Shown here one piece after another: positions 19,154-28,500 of a DNA stretch of 64,000 nt; within the stretch, counting starts at the first letter, position 1; each line of letters opens with the position of its first letter. The notes under the pieces are model-generated. The model had not been told where the DNA came from, searched no databases, and was given only the letters and a program-made list of their open reading frames with translations. Origin of the DNA: a virus; the IMG/VR virus record IMGVR_UViG_3300047359_000671, positions 1-64,000 of that record; one strand, given 5' to 3'. The position numbers and the translations under genes are program-made.

Positions 19154-20130
19154 TATCTATCCCAACCAGTTTGTTTTTCTGTTGCTAAAGGATTAGGGTT
19201 TCTTGGTGGGTTTGTATACACACGTTTAAAAAATGTTGCCAACTCGGCAGTTGGGTCTGCAATTTCCATACCAATCTTGTCTAATAAAACATCACCTATA
19301 CGAATTGATTCGTCATATAGTTTATCAAAGTCCCATGTTACTTTTGTCGCTTCGCATTTTTCATCGCCGCCTTCAAACTTAGGCAGTACTGTACCTTCAA
19401 AATATTCTTTGAACCAATCATAACTTGAAATATTTTCTAATAGATAATCTTCTACGAAGTTCACATCATAGCAACCTAGTCTTGCACCATAGCATGCCCA
19501 TATACCATTCTCTACGTCTGTTCCAACATTACACCAAGTAAGTAGACGTTCATAGTTCTTAGGCCAGATACGCTTCTTAAAGTCTTCTACTGGGACAGTT
19601 TTTCCTTCGTCTAGTGACATCTTAACACCTTCACGGTATCCTGCTCTAAATGCCTGAAACGGAGAACCTGCATTAAATACTTGCGAGTACACATTATTCA
19701 TTTGAATATAATTCAAATCCCAACAGAAATCTACTTTCTTTGTTTCGTCTACTGCATTTTCGTGTGTTTGCATTTCTAGTACTAAGTCTACTGGCCAGCA
19801 CTTAATACCGCCATTTCCATATACTAATCCGTTTACTACATTCTTAGCACTCCAACTAATAACTGAATTTGCTAAATCGGTACCATCAGGAAATGTGATT
19901 GCTAAATCAAAAAACTTCTCATCAACAATATTGTCACCATCAATTGTAATAAATCTTTCTGTCTCGCTTTGTCTTGCACATTCTTTGTGTGCGTTGTCAA
20001 ATCCTTTAACACCATCGACTCGTTTCGCATAAGGAAACTTCATCATTATATTTGCCCAATGTTCTTCTTTATTGGGTTCATCGTAACTTAAATAGAATAC
20101 ATCTAAATCGCCTATGACTATCTCTGCCAT
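19153..20130 (-). CDS. Glycosyltransferase-like (GT-A, DxD) phage protein
   Basis: YLSYDEPN, RVDGVKG..AH, ITIDGDN, GLVYGNGG. GGAGG RBS precedes MAEIV. Confidence 0.65.
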   Translation of the reverse strand: MAEIVIGDLDVFYLSYDEPNKEEHWANIMMKFPYAKRVDGVKGFDNAHKECARQSETERFITIDGDNIVDEKFFDLAITFPDGTDLANSVISWSAKNVVNGLVYGNGGIKCWPVDLVLEMQTHENAVDETKKVDFCWDLNYIQMNNVYSQVFNAGSPFQAFRAGYREGVKMSLDEGKTVPVEDFKKRIWPKNYERLLTWCNVGTDVENGIWACYGARLGCYDVNFVEDYLLENISSYDWFKEYFEGTVLPKFEGGDEKCEATKVTWDFDKLYDESIRIGDVLLDKIGMEIADPTAELATFFKRVYTNPPRNPNPLATEKQTGWDR

Positions 20131-20131
20131 A

Positions 20132-20698
20132 CTACCTCCATGAATAATTATCAAAATACTTCTGCGTATATACGCTTACATTGTATTTATTATATTCGAC
20201 TTTAACGTTTTTCCCAGTTGTCAATAGTTCTGAAAATGGGACTGTGATTGTTTGAATTAAGAAATCAGGTCTATCTTTGTGTGTGACAAAGAAGACATGA
20301 TGAGATTTTCCTGCAACTGTAATATCTTGACCTTCGTTTAATTCAAGTTTGTCCTTTAGTTCATCGCTACATGATATTGATAGAATATCATTCTTCATAG
20401 ATATCATAATATCCGGACTGTCAATTCTTTCAATCTTATACAATTGGTTATTTTTACTACGTCTTTTTATATCAACTTTGCTTTTTACAATCTCAAAAAC
20501 TAGAGGGTTAGATGTTCGTTTAATTACATAATCTGAGAGTTTCAACGAACCATCTAGTAATCCCATAACATCTTCAATTTCAAACCAAGCAAAAAGTTCT
20601 TTTCTGTCAATCTCTCTATTAGATATTTGTACAATTTTATTATACTCATTAAAATAGACTGCACGACATGTATCAGTTTTTACTAAACTACTTTTCAT
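20132..20698 (-). CDS. Hypothetical protein
   Basis: Long ORF coupled to both neighbours; no motif recognised. Confidence 0.7.
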   Translation of the reverse strand: MKSSLVKTDTCRAVYFNEYNKIVQISNREIDRKELFAWFEIEDVMGLLDGSLKLSDYVIKRTSNPLVFEIVKSKVDIKRRSKNNQLYKIERIDSPDIMISMKNDILSISCSDELKDKLELNEGQDITVAGKSHHVFFVTHKDRPDFLIQTITVPFSELLTTGKNVKVEYNKYNVSVYTQKYFDNYSWR

Positions 20699-21560
20699 TA
20701 ACTGCATCCTCTAATATTTTAATTTTATCTTCACTCATCCATTCTTTTTCTACATAGTGAAATGGCAAACTTTGTGTATAGTTACCGACACGAATAGATA
20801 AATCAGAACTCATTTCGCTAGGAATACTCTTTGTCCAATCATTATCAATTTGATTATGCGGTACATTTTGAATTTTACTTTTCATATGCACAAATGTAGG
20901 GACATCTTTGATATCGTAATCACATGTTTCTTCTTCTAAATCTAGTAAACGTATAGCCAATGCATAGGCCAAATCTGCACTCATCCACTTTTGACCTACT
21001 CCTTTAAGAAACTTATCATAATACACTCCCCAATTTTTCATAATTACCTCTACCATTTTAAAGAACTGGAATGTTAATTCACTCTCAGTGAAATATGTAA
21101 AGTTGCTGTATACGTTGGGCAATTCTAATTCTGTAAATTTCTTTCTATAAAAATCGTCAACAATGTCTTCATTGCGGAATGTCTTAACATTTGTACAAGC
21201 CCACATATCTTTCTTAGAAAGATAATCCCACCAATGGTCTACACTTGTAGTGAATACCATGTCACTATCAAGTATAATAGTCTCTTTAAACGGTGTCATA
21301 TGTGGATATTTCCACTTATTATGAATCTTCCATTTTGCATCTGGGTCTGCATCACCCCACGGAATATCTACAATATAGTCAAATACTTTTCTGTGCTTGT
21401 CTTCAATTAACGATTTAGTATACTCATCAACACATACGCAAATTGCATTTTCTTTTTGTGTTGCCTTGAGTGACAATGCCAAAGCATAAGTCATTTCTAA
21501 GTAGTTGTGTTCGCTATTGTTTTGTGCAATTACGATGTAGCCTTTGCCTTTTCTTTCCAT
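20688..21560 (-). CDS. GT8-like glycosyltransferase
   Basis: YLEMTYALALSLK, TPFKETIILDSDM (DxD), FVHMK, PFHY. Confidence 0.7.
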   Translation of the reverse strand: MERKGKGYIVIAQNNSEHNYLEMTYALALSLKATQKENAICVCVDEYTKSLIEDKHRKVFDYIVDIPWGDADPDAKWKIHNKWKYPHMTPFKETIILDSDMVFTTSVDHWWDYLSKKDMWACTNVKTFRNEDIVDDFYRKKFTELELPNVYSNFTYFTESELTFQFFKMVEVIMKNWGVYYDKFLKGVGQKWMSADLAYALAIRLLDLEEETCDYDIKDVPTFVHMKSKIQNVPHNQIDNDWTKSIPSEMSSDLSIRVGNYTQSLPFHYVEKEWMSEDKIKILEDAVNEK

Positions 21561-22429
21561 TATACTTTTTCTCCAAAAGATAACAAGTCATCCGTACAAC
21601 GTTCTACTGCCTTTTTATTCATAATATGTAAATCTGTCTTTGTAAATCTAGTTAACACGTGTCTTTCTGATGATTCAGGTGTAGCACAAAACATAATAAT
21701 GTCATTGTGTGAGTTTACTCTGTAAATATCATCTAAATCAAAACTGTTATTCAGATATTCAATAGGCAATCTAGGTACTTCAAATTCAACACCACCATTT
21801 AGAATATGCAGTGCCATGGAGAATGCAAAGTCGTTTCTAAACAAGTTACCTGTACAATTATACAAGTAATAATAATATTTAAAGTTGTATTTAATATGGT
21901 TGATTAGCGTAAATAAATGTCTGGTGTAATCTGATTTCTTAAAATAAAAAACTGTTGCCCAATACATAGGAATACTAAAGTTATCGATATAGGAAACATT
22001 GCCGCCATGTCTACCAGCAACGTCCCTATACTGACAATTTATCATAAAGTCATTTTCACTGCCCCATACTTGGTCCAGTACATCATTCATAATAAAATAA
22101 TCTCCATCAATGACAAGAGTTTCATCATATGGGGATAACTCATACACGTCTGCACGTGACATGTTTCTAAATGAAGCATATTCCGGTGCAGATGAAGTAT
22201 CTTTAAATAACCTGATATTAGCAGGCTGTGAACTTTCTGAAACAATTACTCTATCAAAGTATTCATTAATCAGTTTTTCATCGCTCTTTAATGTGTATTC
22301 ATCGGTGATGAGACAAATCTCATCAAACTCTGACATATTCTTACGTACAAGACCTGCACATGCACATGCTGTTCTTCCGTAATTTATGTAGTCATTATTT
22401 TGAGCAAATATAATAATTCCCTTGCTCAT
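21560..22429 (-). CDS. GT8-like glycosyltransferase, paralogue of 20688-21560
   Basis: KGIIIFAQNN matches KGYIVIAQNN of the neighbour; SPYDETLVIDGDY (DxD), RNDFAFSMA, HIMNK. Confidence 0.7.
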   Translation of the reverse strand: MSKGIIIFAQNNDYINYGRTACACAGLVRKNMSEFDEICLITDEYTLKSDEKLINEYFDRVIVSESSQPANIRLFKDTSSAPEYASFRNMSRADVYELSPYDETLVIDGDYFIMNDVLDQVWGSENDFMINCQYRDVAGRHGGNVSYIDNFSIPMYWATVFYFKKSDYTRHLFTLINHIKYNFKYYYYLYNCTGNLFRNDFAFSMALHILNGGVEFEVPRLPIEYLNNSFDLDDIYRVNSHNDIIMFCATPESSERHVLTRFTKTDLHIMNKKAVERCTDDLLSFGEKV

Positions 22430-22803
22430 TAGATTTCCAACACCTTCTCAATCTTACGTGAACTACGTAACTTCTGATACTCATTGTAGTAGTCATTAGT
22501 TACTTCAAAATACAAACTAGATATTTCTTCAAGGAACTTTTCAGTATCTTCGATATGAATCGGAATACTGTTTTTATCTAGTATTTTAATTTCAGTTTTA
22601 CCGTTACTCACAGCAAAATGCACGAATGAAATCAATGATTGGTCTACAATAAATGAGCCACCCGCAGTACTGTAACTTAATAGATTTTGTGTTTTAACTT
22701 TTAGGTTGTTTTTAGATAAATTGAACGTCTTCATTGTGTTAGAAAAATCTAACGCTTGTGTTAGGCGTTCTTGTTGTTCGGTATTGTTTTTTTCGTTTGA
22801 CAT
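22429..22803 (-). CDS. Hypothetical phage protein (first gene of the modification operon)
   Basis: AGGAG RBS; its stop overlaps the next start. Confidence 0.75.
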   Translation of the reverse strand: MSNEKNNTEQQERLTQALDFSNTMKTFNLSKNNLKVKTQNLLSYSTAGGSFIVDQSLISFVHFAVSNGKTEIKILDKNSIPIHIEDTEKFLEEISSLYFEVTNDYYNEYQKLRSSRKIEKVLEI

Positions 22804-22826
22804 GGTTAATCTCCTGTATTATTACT

Positions 22827-22855
22827 ATAATACATTAAATTTATACCAATGTCAA
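22827..22855 (-). promoter_or_regulatory. Sigma70-type promoter heading the modification operon
   Basis: TTGACA-17 nt-TATTAT on the minus strand. The spacer also contains a late-like TATAAATT. Confidence 0.75.
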
Positions 22856-22863
22856 GTGAATTT

Positions 22864-23850
22864 TTAAGAAAGTGTAGACAGAGTTGTGTATGTTCGTGTC
22901 CAATCAGAGTTTGTGCCATCAGTCATTTCAACACCGTCAGGAGAGTCGTCTGCTACTAGTTCTCCTACTTCAACAGTTAGTGTGCCTGCAACATAGTCAG
23001 TACCAGTCCAAGAACCACCACCATTATTTGACCAGGTCCCAGTGTCAGCCGCATGTGCGTCATCAAATGATATTTTTACATCAATTGCATCTGTTCCAGT
23101 TAGTTTTGCATTGATATTTAATTGGTTAGCGGAGTAATCACCTGTACCACCTTTTGTATATACATTTTGATAAGTTGAAGTTAGTTGATTAAACCCAACA
23201 CCAGGAGTTCCTACACTAGCAGAACTTTCTGTTGCTGTGAGACTAAGTTTTACTGTTGCAATTGCATTGAGTACGCTTTGCCAGTCTAAACTCTGTGCGT
23301 CTGACCCTACGTTAGATAACGTAGAGTCAAACCTAATTTCACCACCCGCATTGAAAAACTGTCTTCTTGAATCTTCTGAAGCGAAAGTAATTCTAACTTC
23401 ATAATATACTTGATTTGCATTTGTCCAGTTAGGAGTACCATTATTCGGGTCTACATAGGTCTCGGACGCTGAAATTGTATTTGAAACAACAGTCATGTAT
23501 GAAATATCACTATTTAATTTATTAGCAACGATATTTGCTATATCTGTTTCTAATGTAGGTAGTATACTTACAACATTGCCAGGCGCTGGCCATGCCGCAT
23601 CACTTGATGAACTTGGGACGTTGATTGATGTGCCTTGGTGTTGAGCGGCATAGTTAATGGATGATAACAACTCATCCCAAAGTGCCGCTGTTATAGAGTT
23701 ACCAGCAATTGCTTGTGTAACAACAAGATGGTCTTGGCCGTAACCTGAGTCTCCGCTTCCTATACCAACTATATCATTGATATCGCCTGCAAATATATTA
23801 AAATCAGATGCCCTGATTTTTCCTCCCAAATAGTAACTTTGTGGTGCCAT
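22864..23850 (-). CDS. Virion structural protein (fibre/baseplate-associated)
   Basis: Ser/Thr/Gly-rich with an F...FFNAGGEIR motif; lies at the end of the baseplate operon. Confidence 0.65.
   Translation of the reverse strand: MAPQSYYLGGKIRASDFNIFAGDINDIVGIGSGDSGYGQDHLVVTQAIAGNSITAALWDELLSSINYAAQHQGTSINVPSSSSDAAWPAPGNVVSILPTLETDIANIVANKLNSDISYMTVVSNTISASETYVDPNNGTPNWTNANQVYYEVRITFASEDSRRQFFNAGGEIRFDSTLSNVGSDAQSLDWQSVLNAIATVKLSLTATESSASVGTPGVGFNQLTSTYQNVYTKGGTGDYSANQLNINAKLTGTDAIDVKISFDDAHAADTGTWSNNGGGSWTGTDYVAGTLTVEVGELVADDSPDGVEMTDGTNSDWTRTYTTLSTLS
22996..23022. repeat. 27-bp exact direct repeat, copy 1
   Basis: GTCAGTACCAGTCCAAGAACCACCACC, encoding GGGSWTGTD on the minus strand. Confidence 0.9.
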
Positions 23851-23864
23851 CTTGTATTACTTCC

Positions 23865-24776
23865 TTATAATGCTTCTGTTACAGAGAATGTCGGTTGTGT
23901 AATACTTACTGAACCTGATGCATTTGTCATTTTTAATGAAGCAGTTTCTACTGTTGTAGTACCAGTCGCAACGTCAGTACCAGTCCAAGAACCACCACCG
24001 TCATTAGACCATGAGCCAGAATCTGCTGTGTGTACATCTGATAAGTATACTTTAATTTTAACTGTTGTTGAAGTTTCTAAAGCAGAAATTTCAATATAGT
24101 TACCAGAGTAATCTGATGCATCTGCATACTCACGTTTGTGTACGACATATGATGATGTTAAATCAGAATACTTATAACGTGTACGAGTGTCTACGTCAGA
24201 TGTGTCTTGTGGTCTTACTGAATATCTGAATGTTCCTACTTCTGCTGTAAGTTGTTCCCAAGAGTCACCTTGGTTTGTATTTGTTGTGTCACTGTGTGAC
24301 ATTGAAACACGAATTTCGCCACCAGCGGCGAACCATGCGTTTTTAGTGGCTTCATTTGTAAAAGTCACTGTAATTTCTGTTGATATTGCGCCGTTCCAAT
24401 TTGATTTTGTTTCAGATGTCTCAGTAGTTACTGATGTGTCCCACCCTGATGAATAAGACCATGGTGAATCAAAACGTGTATTAATATCTGAATTAAATGT
24501 TGATGCTGATGCCCCATAATGGTCCCAGTCAACTTTTGTTCCTGCATTCACTGCCGTAAATGGATTTGAAATGTTGTAATAGTTTGAAATCTTTGCCGCC
24601 GCACTGTAAAGCGAATCGTGATATGCATCATCGATTAAATCACCCGTAGATGGGTTAGCCGCTACTGTGTGACCCTGATTATACCCGCCATGAACGCCTG
24701 TACCATTTAGAATGGTATTCATCGTGTTACGCAAAGTACTTAAGTCGTTATATGTAATTGTTGAGCCCGAAGCCAT
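23865..24776 (-). CDS. Virion structural protein, paralogue of 22864-23850
   Basis: WFAAGGEIR and WSNDGGGSWTGTD are shared with the neighbour; very Ser/Thr-rich. Confidence 0.65.
   Translation of the reverse strand: MASGSTITYNDLSTLRNTMNTILNGTGVHGGYNQGHTVAANPSTGDLIDDAYHDSLYSAAAKISNYYNISNPFTAVNAGTKVDWDHYGASASTFNSDINTRFDSPWSYSSGWDTSVTTETSETKSNWNGAISTEITVTFTNEATKNAWFAAGGEIRVSMSHSDTTNTNQGDSWEQLTAEVGTFRYSVRPQDTSDVDTRTRYKYSDLTSSYVVHKREYADASDYSGNYIEISALETSTTVKIKVYLSDVHTADSGSWSNDGGGSWTGTDVATGTTTVETASLKMTNASGSVSITQPTFSVTEAL
23973..23999. repeat. 27-bp exact direct repeat, copy 2
   Basis: Identical to 22996-23022. Confidence 0.9.
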
Positions 24777-24839
24777 TTTTATACTCCTAAAGTTTACCTA
24801 ATGTTATTTGTCATCATATAGTCGTCCCCTACCCTATGA

Positions 24840-25499
24840 TTAACTAATTTGTATTGTAACTGTGTAGTCAATTACAATTGTTCTATTTGCTGATAGTAAC
24901 ACAGGATGAAAAGTCACATGTGTTAGCATCAATGATTTTGTTTTATCTAGCAGGTTATTATCTGTAACTCCTGCTATCAGACCAATTTCATCAAATGTAA
25001 ATGCCGTTACAGCATCCGTGTCTGTCGAACTGTCACTCGCTGGAACAGACTCGCCAACTGCCGTTGCATACGCACTATGTGTCATATCTACGGTAAAGTT
25101 AATTTTTGATGTATTATTTGGAACAAACACTCCGCCGCCCAAGTCTTCACCTGGGTAATAAACTGTTGAAACAGTTTCTTGTTCATATGTCGGAGAATAT
25201 AGCGCAGAGTTACTGGCAGTTATTGCTAGTCCTTCATATGTTGGGAATACTCTAGGAGAGCGATATGATAATGTAGTTGTTGAATTACTACCACCATTAC
25301 CGAATTGCATCCAATTAATCGATGGTGCGCCGCCACTTGAATTTATATCAACAGGTTTCCCTGCTAATGCGCTCGCCATGACATAGGCCATATTACCTGG
25401 ATGAATTGCATTTTTCTTTTGCACAAGCACTTCGCCTGAGTCTTTGTCGAAAATCTTCAACTGACCTACTACTTGTGACTGTATTTTATCATTAAACAT
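24840..25499 (-). CDS. Baseplate/tail-fibre-proximal structural protein
   Basis: G.LKIFD..SGEVLV.KKNAIH, FDEIGL, THVTFHPV..SANR motifs, plus position after the giant baseplate protein. Confidence 0.65.
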   Translation of the reverse strand: MFNDKIQSQVVGQLKIFDKDSGEVLVQKKNAIHPGNMAYVMASALAGKPVDINSSGGAPSINWMQFGNGGSNSTTTLSYRSPRVFPTYEGLAITASNSALYSPTYEQETVSTVYYPGEDLGGGVFVPNNTSKINFTVDMTHSAYATAVGESVPASDSSTDTDAVTAFTFDEIGLIAGVTDNNLLDKTKSLMLTHVTFHPVLLSANRTIVIDYTVTIQIS

Positions 25500-25530
25500 G
25501 TTTTTCTCTCTTAGATATCGTATCTTATTA

Positions 25531-25538
25531 TATTTATC
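25531..25538 (-). promoter_or_regulatory. Late promoter box GATAAATA
   Basis: Intergenic, about 30 nt upstream of the ATG at 25499. Confidence 0.7.
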
Positions 25539-25559
25539 ATTTTATCACAGAACGCATAC

Positions 25560-28500
25560 CTAAACTAAGTCATGTAATACAATTTGTAGAGGTGTGCCTA
25601 AAATATAGACTTTACTTCCAGTTTCAAATGCATACCCTAATCCAGTATATAGTGTTCTATCAGATATTGTTAAAGATGTATTTGCTTTAGCGTCATACAT
25701 CATAAATTCAATTTGTGAACTATTTGGGCGTTCAACCGCTATTAATTTTTTATCTTTTCCTGAAGCAGTTTTAAATTTGCTTTGAGTGGTAACTTCTAAT
25801 GTTGTACCGTCAAACGATGATATTGTATCGCTATCAGTCACATCAATAGAATAACCTCTACCTAACTTATCATACACGTAAAACTTCGTATTGTCAATAG
25901 TGTTTCCACCAATACCACCAGTAATATCTCCGTTGTATGTTTGTAGTCGTAACACTGCCGCATCTAAGTAACCACTTCTAACTAATCCAGTATCAAACCC
26001 AGTTGTTGACGAAGTTGGAGTATACCTATTTCTTAATAGTGTGCCCTGTTCCCAGGTACCGTCTCCTATTTCATCTAAGTTTCCTGGTTCAGAAAGTATT
26101 TCGTAATCACCACCGTCAAAAGTTTGGTCTTCATATCGGCTATTATTGCCAAAGTTTAAGGTAATATTCATGCGTTCTGCAATTGTAGTTTTAGTATTAG
26201 CAGTTTCGTTTGTTGAATAAATGCGTTCAATATCTCTAACCTTAACATGATATGGTTTAGTTTCATTAATATACTCAATAGTATCTTCTTCACTATCTCT
26301 TTGATATACTGCATACTGTCTTAAATCTCTATTATAGAGTTTTAAATCAATATAACTAGTTTTAAATACCCAATCAGGATATGTCTTTTCAGTAAACAAA
26401 TACTTAATCATAGTAAAGAATGTTTCATTTATAAACTTATCAGTTTCAAATGTGTTTAGCATATTCATAAACTCATAAATTTGTATACCAATAGCATTAT
26501 TATAATATGTAGTATAATTTGCATCTGGGTATACAATATTTTGGAAGGACAACTTAAGCGAGCCGTCACTCATATTCACTAATTTCAATGACCCATTGTC
26601 TTCAAAGTAATACTCATCGTGTGTTGGTAATTGAATTTTAAATGACTTTGTGCCTTTTTTATATTCTTTTAGCATATCAAAATTTCTAGTCGTAGACAAA
26701 TATGAGAATTGTTTTATGTCTTTATAACTGTCATTAAAATACCAATCCGTTAGCCCGAATATCAACTCATTATTGTTAATATATTGATTATATTTTGGGA
26801 ATGTACTTAGTAATAATTTATTTGCTAGTTTGCTATTCATAAAAGTTGCAAAGTTTATTCTTGCTTGTGCTAAATTCCCAAACCAATTGTCTGTCTTTTC
26901 ATCAACTTGATATGCTCTCAATATATCACCCACAACCATAGTATACTGTTGGCTGACTTGCAAGTTAGCCCCATTAATACTAATGTGTTTTGCAGGAATG
27001 ATACTATTGTTTAATGTGACAACAATATCATTTATAGATAAATCTTCTATCCAAGATATGTTAATAATTGCGTTATTAACATCTGCTAATTGTGCCGAGT
27101 CTAAGTCATCTGCAAATATATTTGGTACTTTCATATTTGCTAATGATTCTGTCATGTCATTTACTAACATTGCTGGTACTTTAGTATCAGTGTTTTCTCC
27201 AATTAATTCCCAATCACTTACAACTTTTGCATTACCGGGATTGGCTACTGGCCTGTATTCTACTGTTATTTTTATTGTTTCTTCTCCATAGAGATATGCA
27301 TTATTGCTTAACAATATACTTGTAGGTCCTACTGGTATAAATTTGTTTTTTATCTGACCTGTTGAAATTAATACTGCTAATTCTTCAGCGACATCATTCG
27401 ATGTGTCCCAATAAAAGTATTCAGTAATCTCTTTATCTAACTCTGTATCAAAATACTTCTTAACGTTAAATTGGGATACAGTTGCAGGTAATGTTCTTGT
27501 CTTTGTCCAACGTTTTACCGATACTGTAGAACCAGGAACAATTTGTCCCCAATGACGTGTTACATAATCTACTTGTAAGTTTGCATTTTCGTCCCCATAG
27601 TCATTATAACGATAAAAACGTACATCGTCAGTATCCCACCAGATTTCACCGACTTTTTCATCTAACCATATATCTATGCTACCAGTATAATCATAACGAG
27701 CAGGGTCACTCCATGATACATAGTCTAATTTAGATACAATCGCTCCTGGCATTTTTAAATTTAGTGGGTCATATAAGTTATGTACGATAAACGTTTCCCC
27801 ATCCTTCACAACTACTCTATGTACTAACTCAGTATCAATTTCTGCTGATTGTCTTGCATGAATAGACAATGAACCTGTTGTGCTTCTTTTTAACACTGCC
27901 CAACCAGTACCTTGAAAAGCGTCTGCCCAAATAAGACTTCCTGAATTAAGACCCAATGCAGAATAAAATTCATTAAATGAAGATGCTCCAAAATTCGGAG
28001 TGTATCTCAACGACTTCCAGAACATTGCTTTATAATTCGAGTTACTTGTAACACTAGAATAATATGATACTAAACCGATAGTAGTCAATAGCGCACTGTC
28101 CGAACCGACAAACGACATCGAAGTACCATTACTAGTAAAAATCATTCTACCATCACTAGATATGTTCACTACGATAGAAGAAGAAGCAGAGTTAATTTGA
28201 CTTGCAAATTCAACGGCTGATGTACTTACTGTCGCAGTATTTGAATATGTACCAGTAGGTATGCCAATATCTGTTAGTGGATTTCCTTGTATGTTTGCTA
28301 CAACAATACTCTGTTCGTTACTTGATATTTTTACTTGTTTGTCATCTTTTTGTGCGGTAGTTGATGCTGAAGTAAATACTTGATTATTTAAATCATCAAC
28401 AATATTGTCTGTTGCATTTACAGTAACCGTTGTAGTTGCAAATCCTAATCTGGACATTGCACCTGAAGTTACTTCTGCAATTTCTAAGTCGTGGTTGATA

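Noticed and set aside
22996-23999. Diversity-generating retroelement TR/VR pair
   Set aside because: The repeat is short and exact with no adenine-specific mismatches, and there is no reverse transcriptase in the window.
25531-25560. Fourth copy of the bipartite late promoter
   Set aside because: The late box is present, but the sequence 9 nt upstream does not match AACTWCGAASTT.
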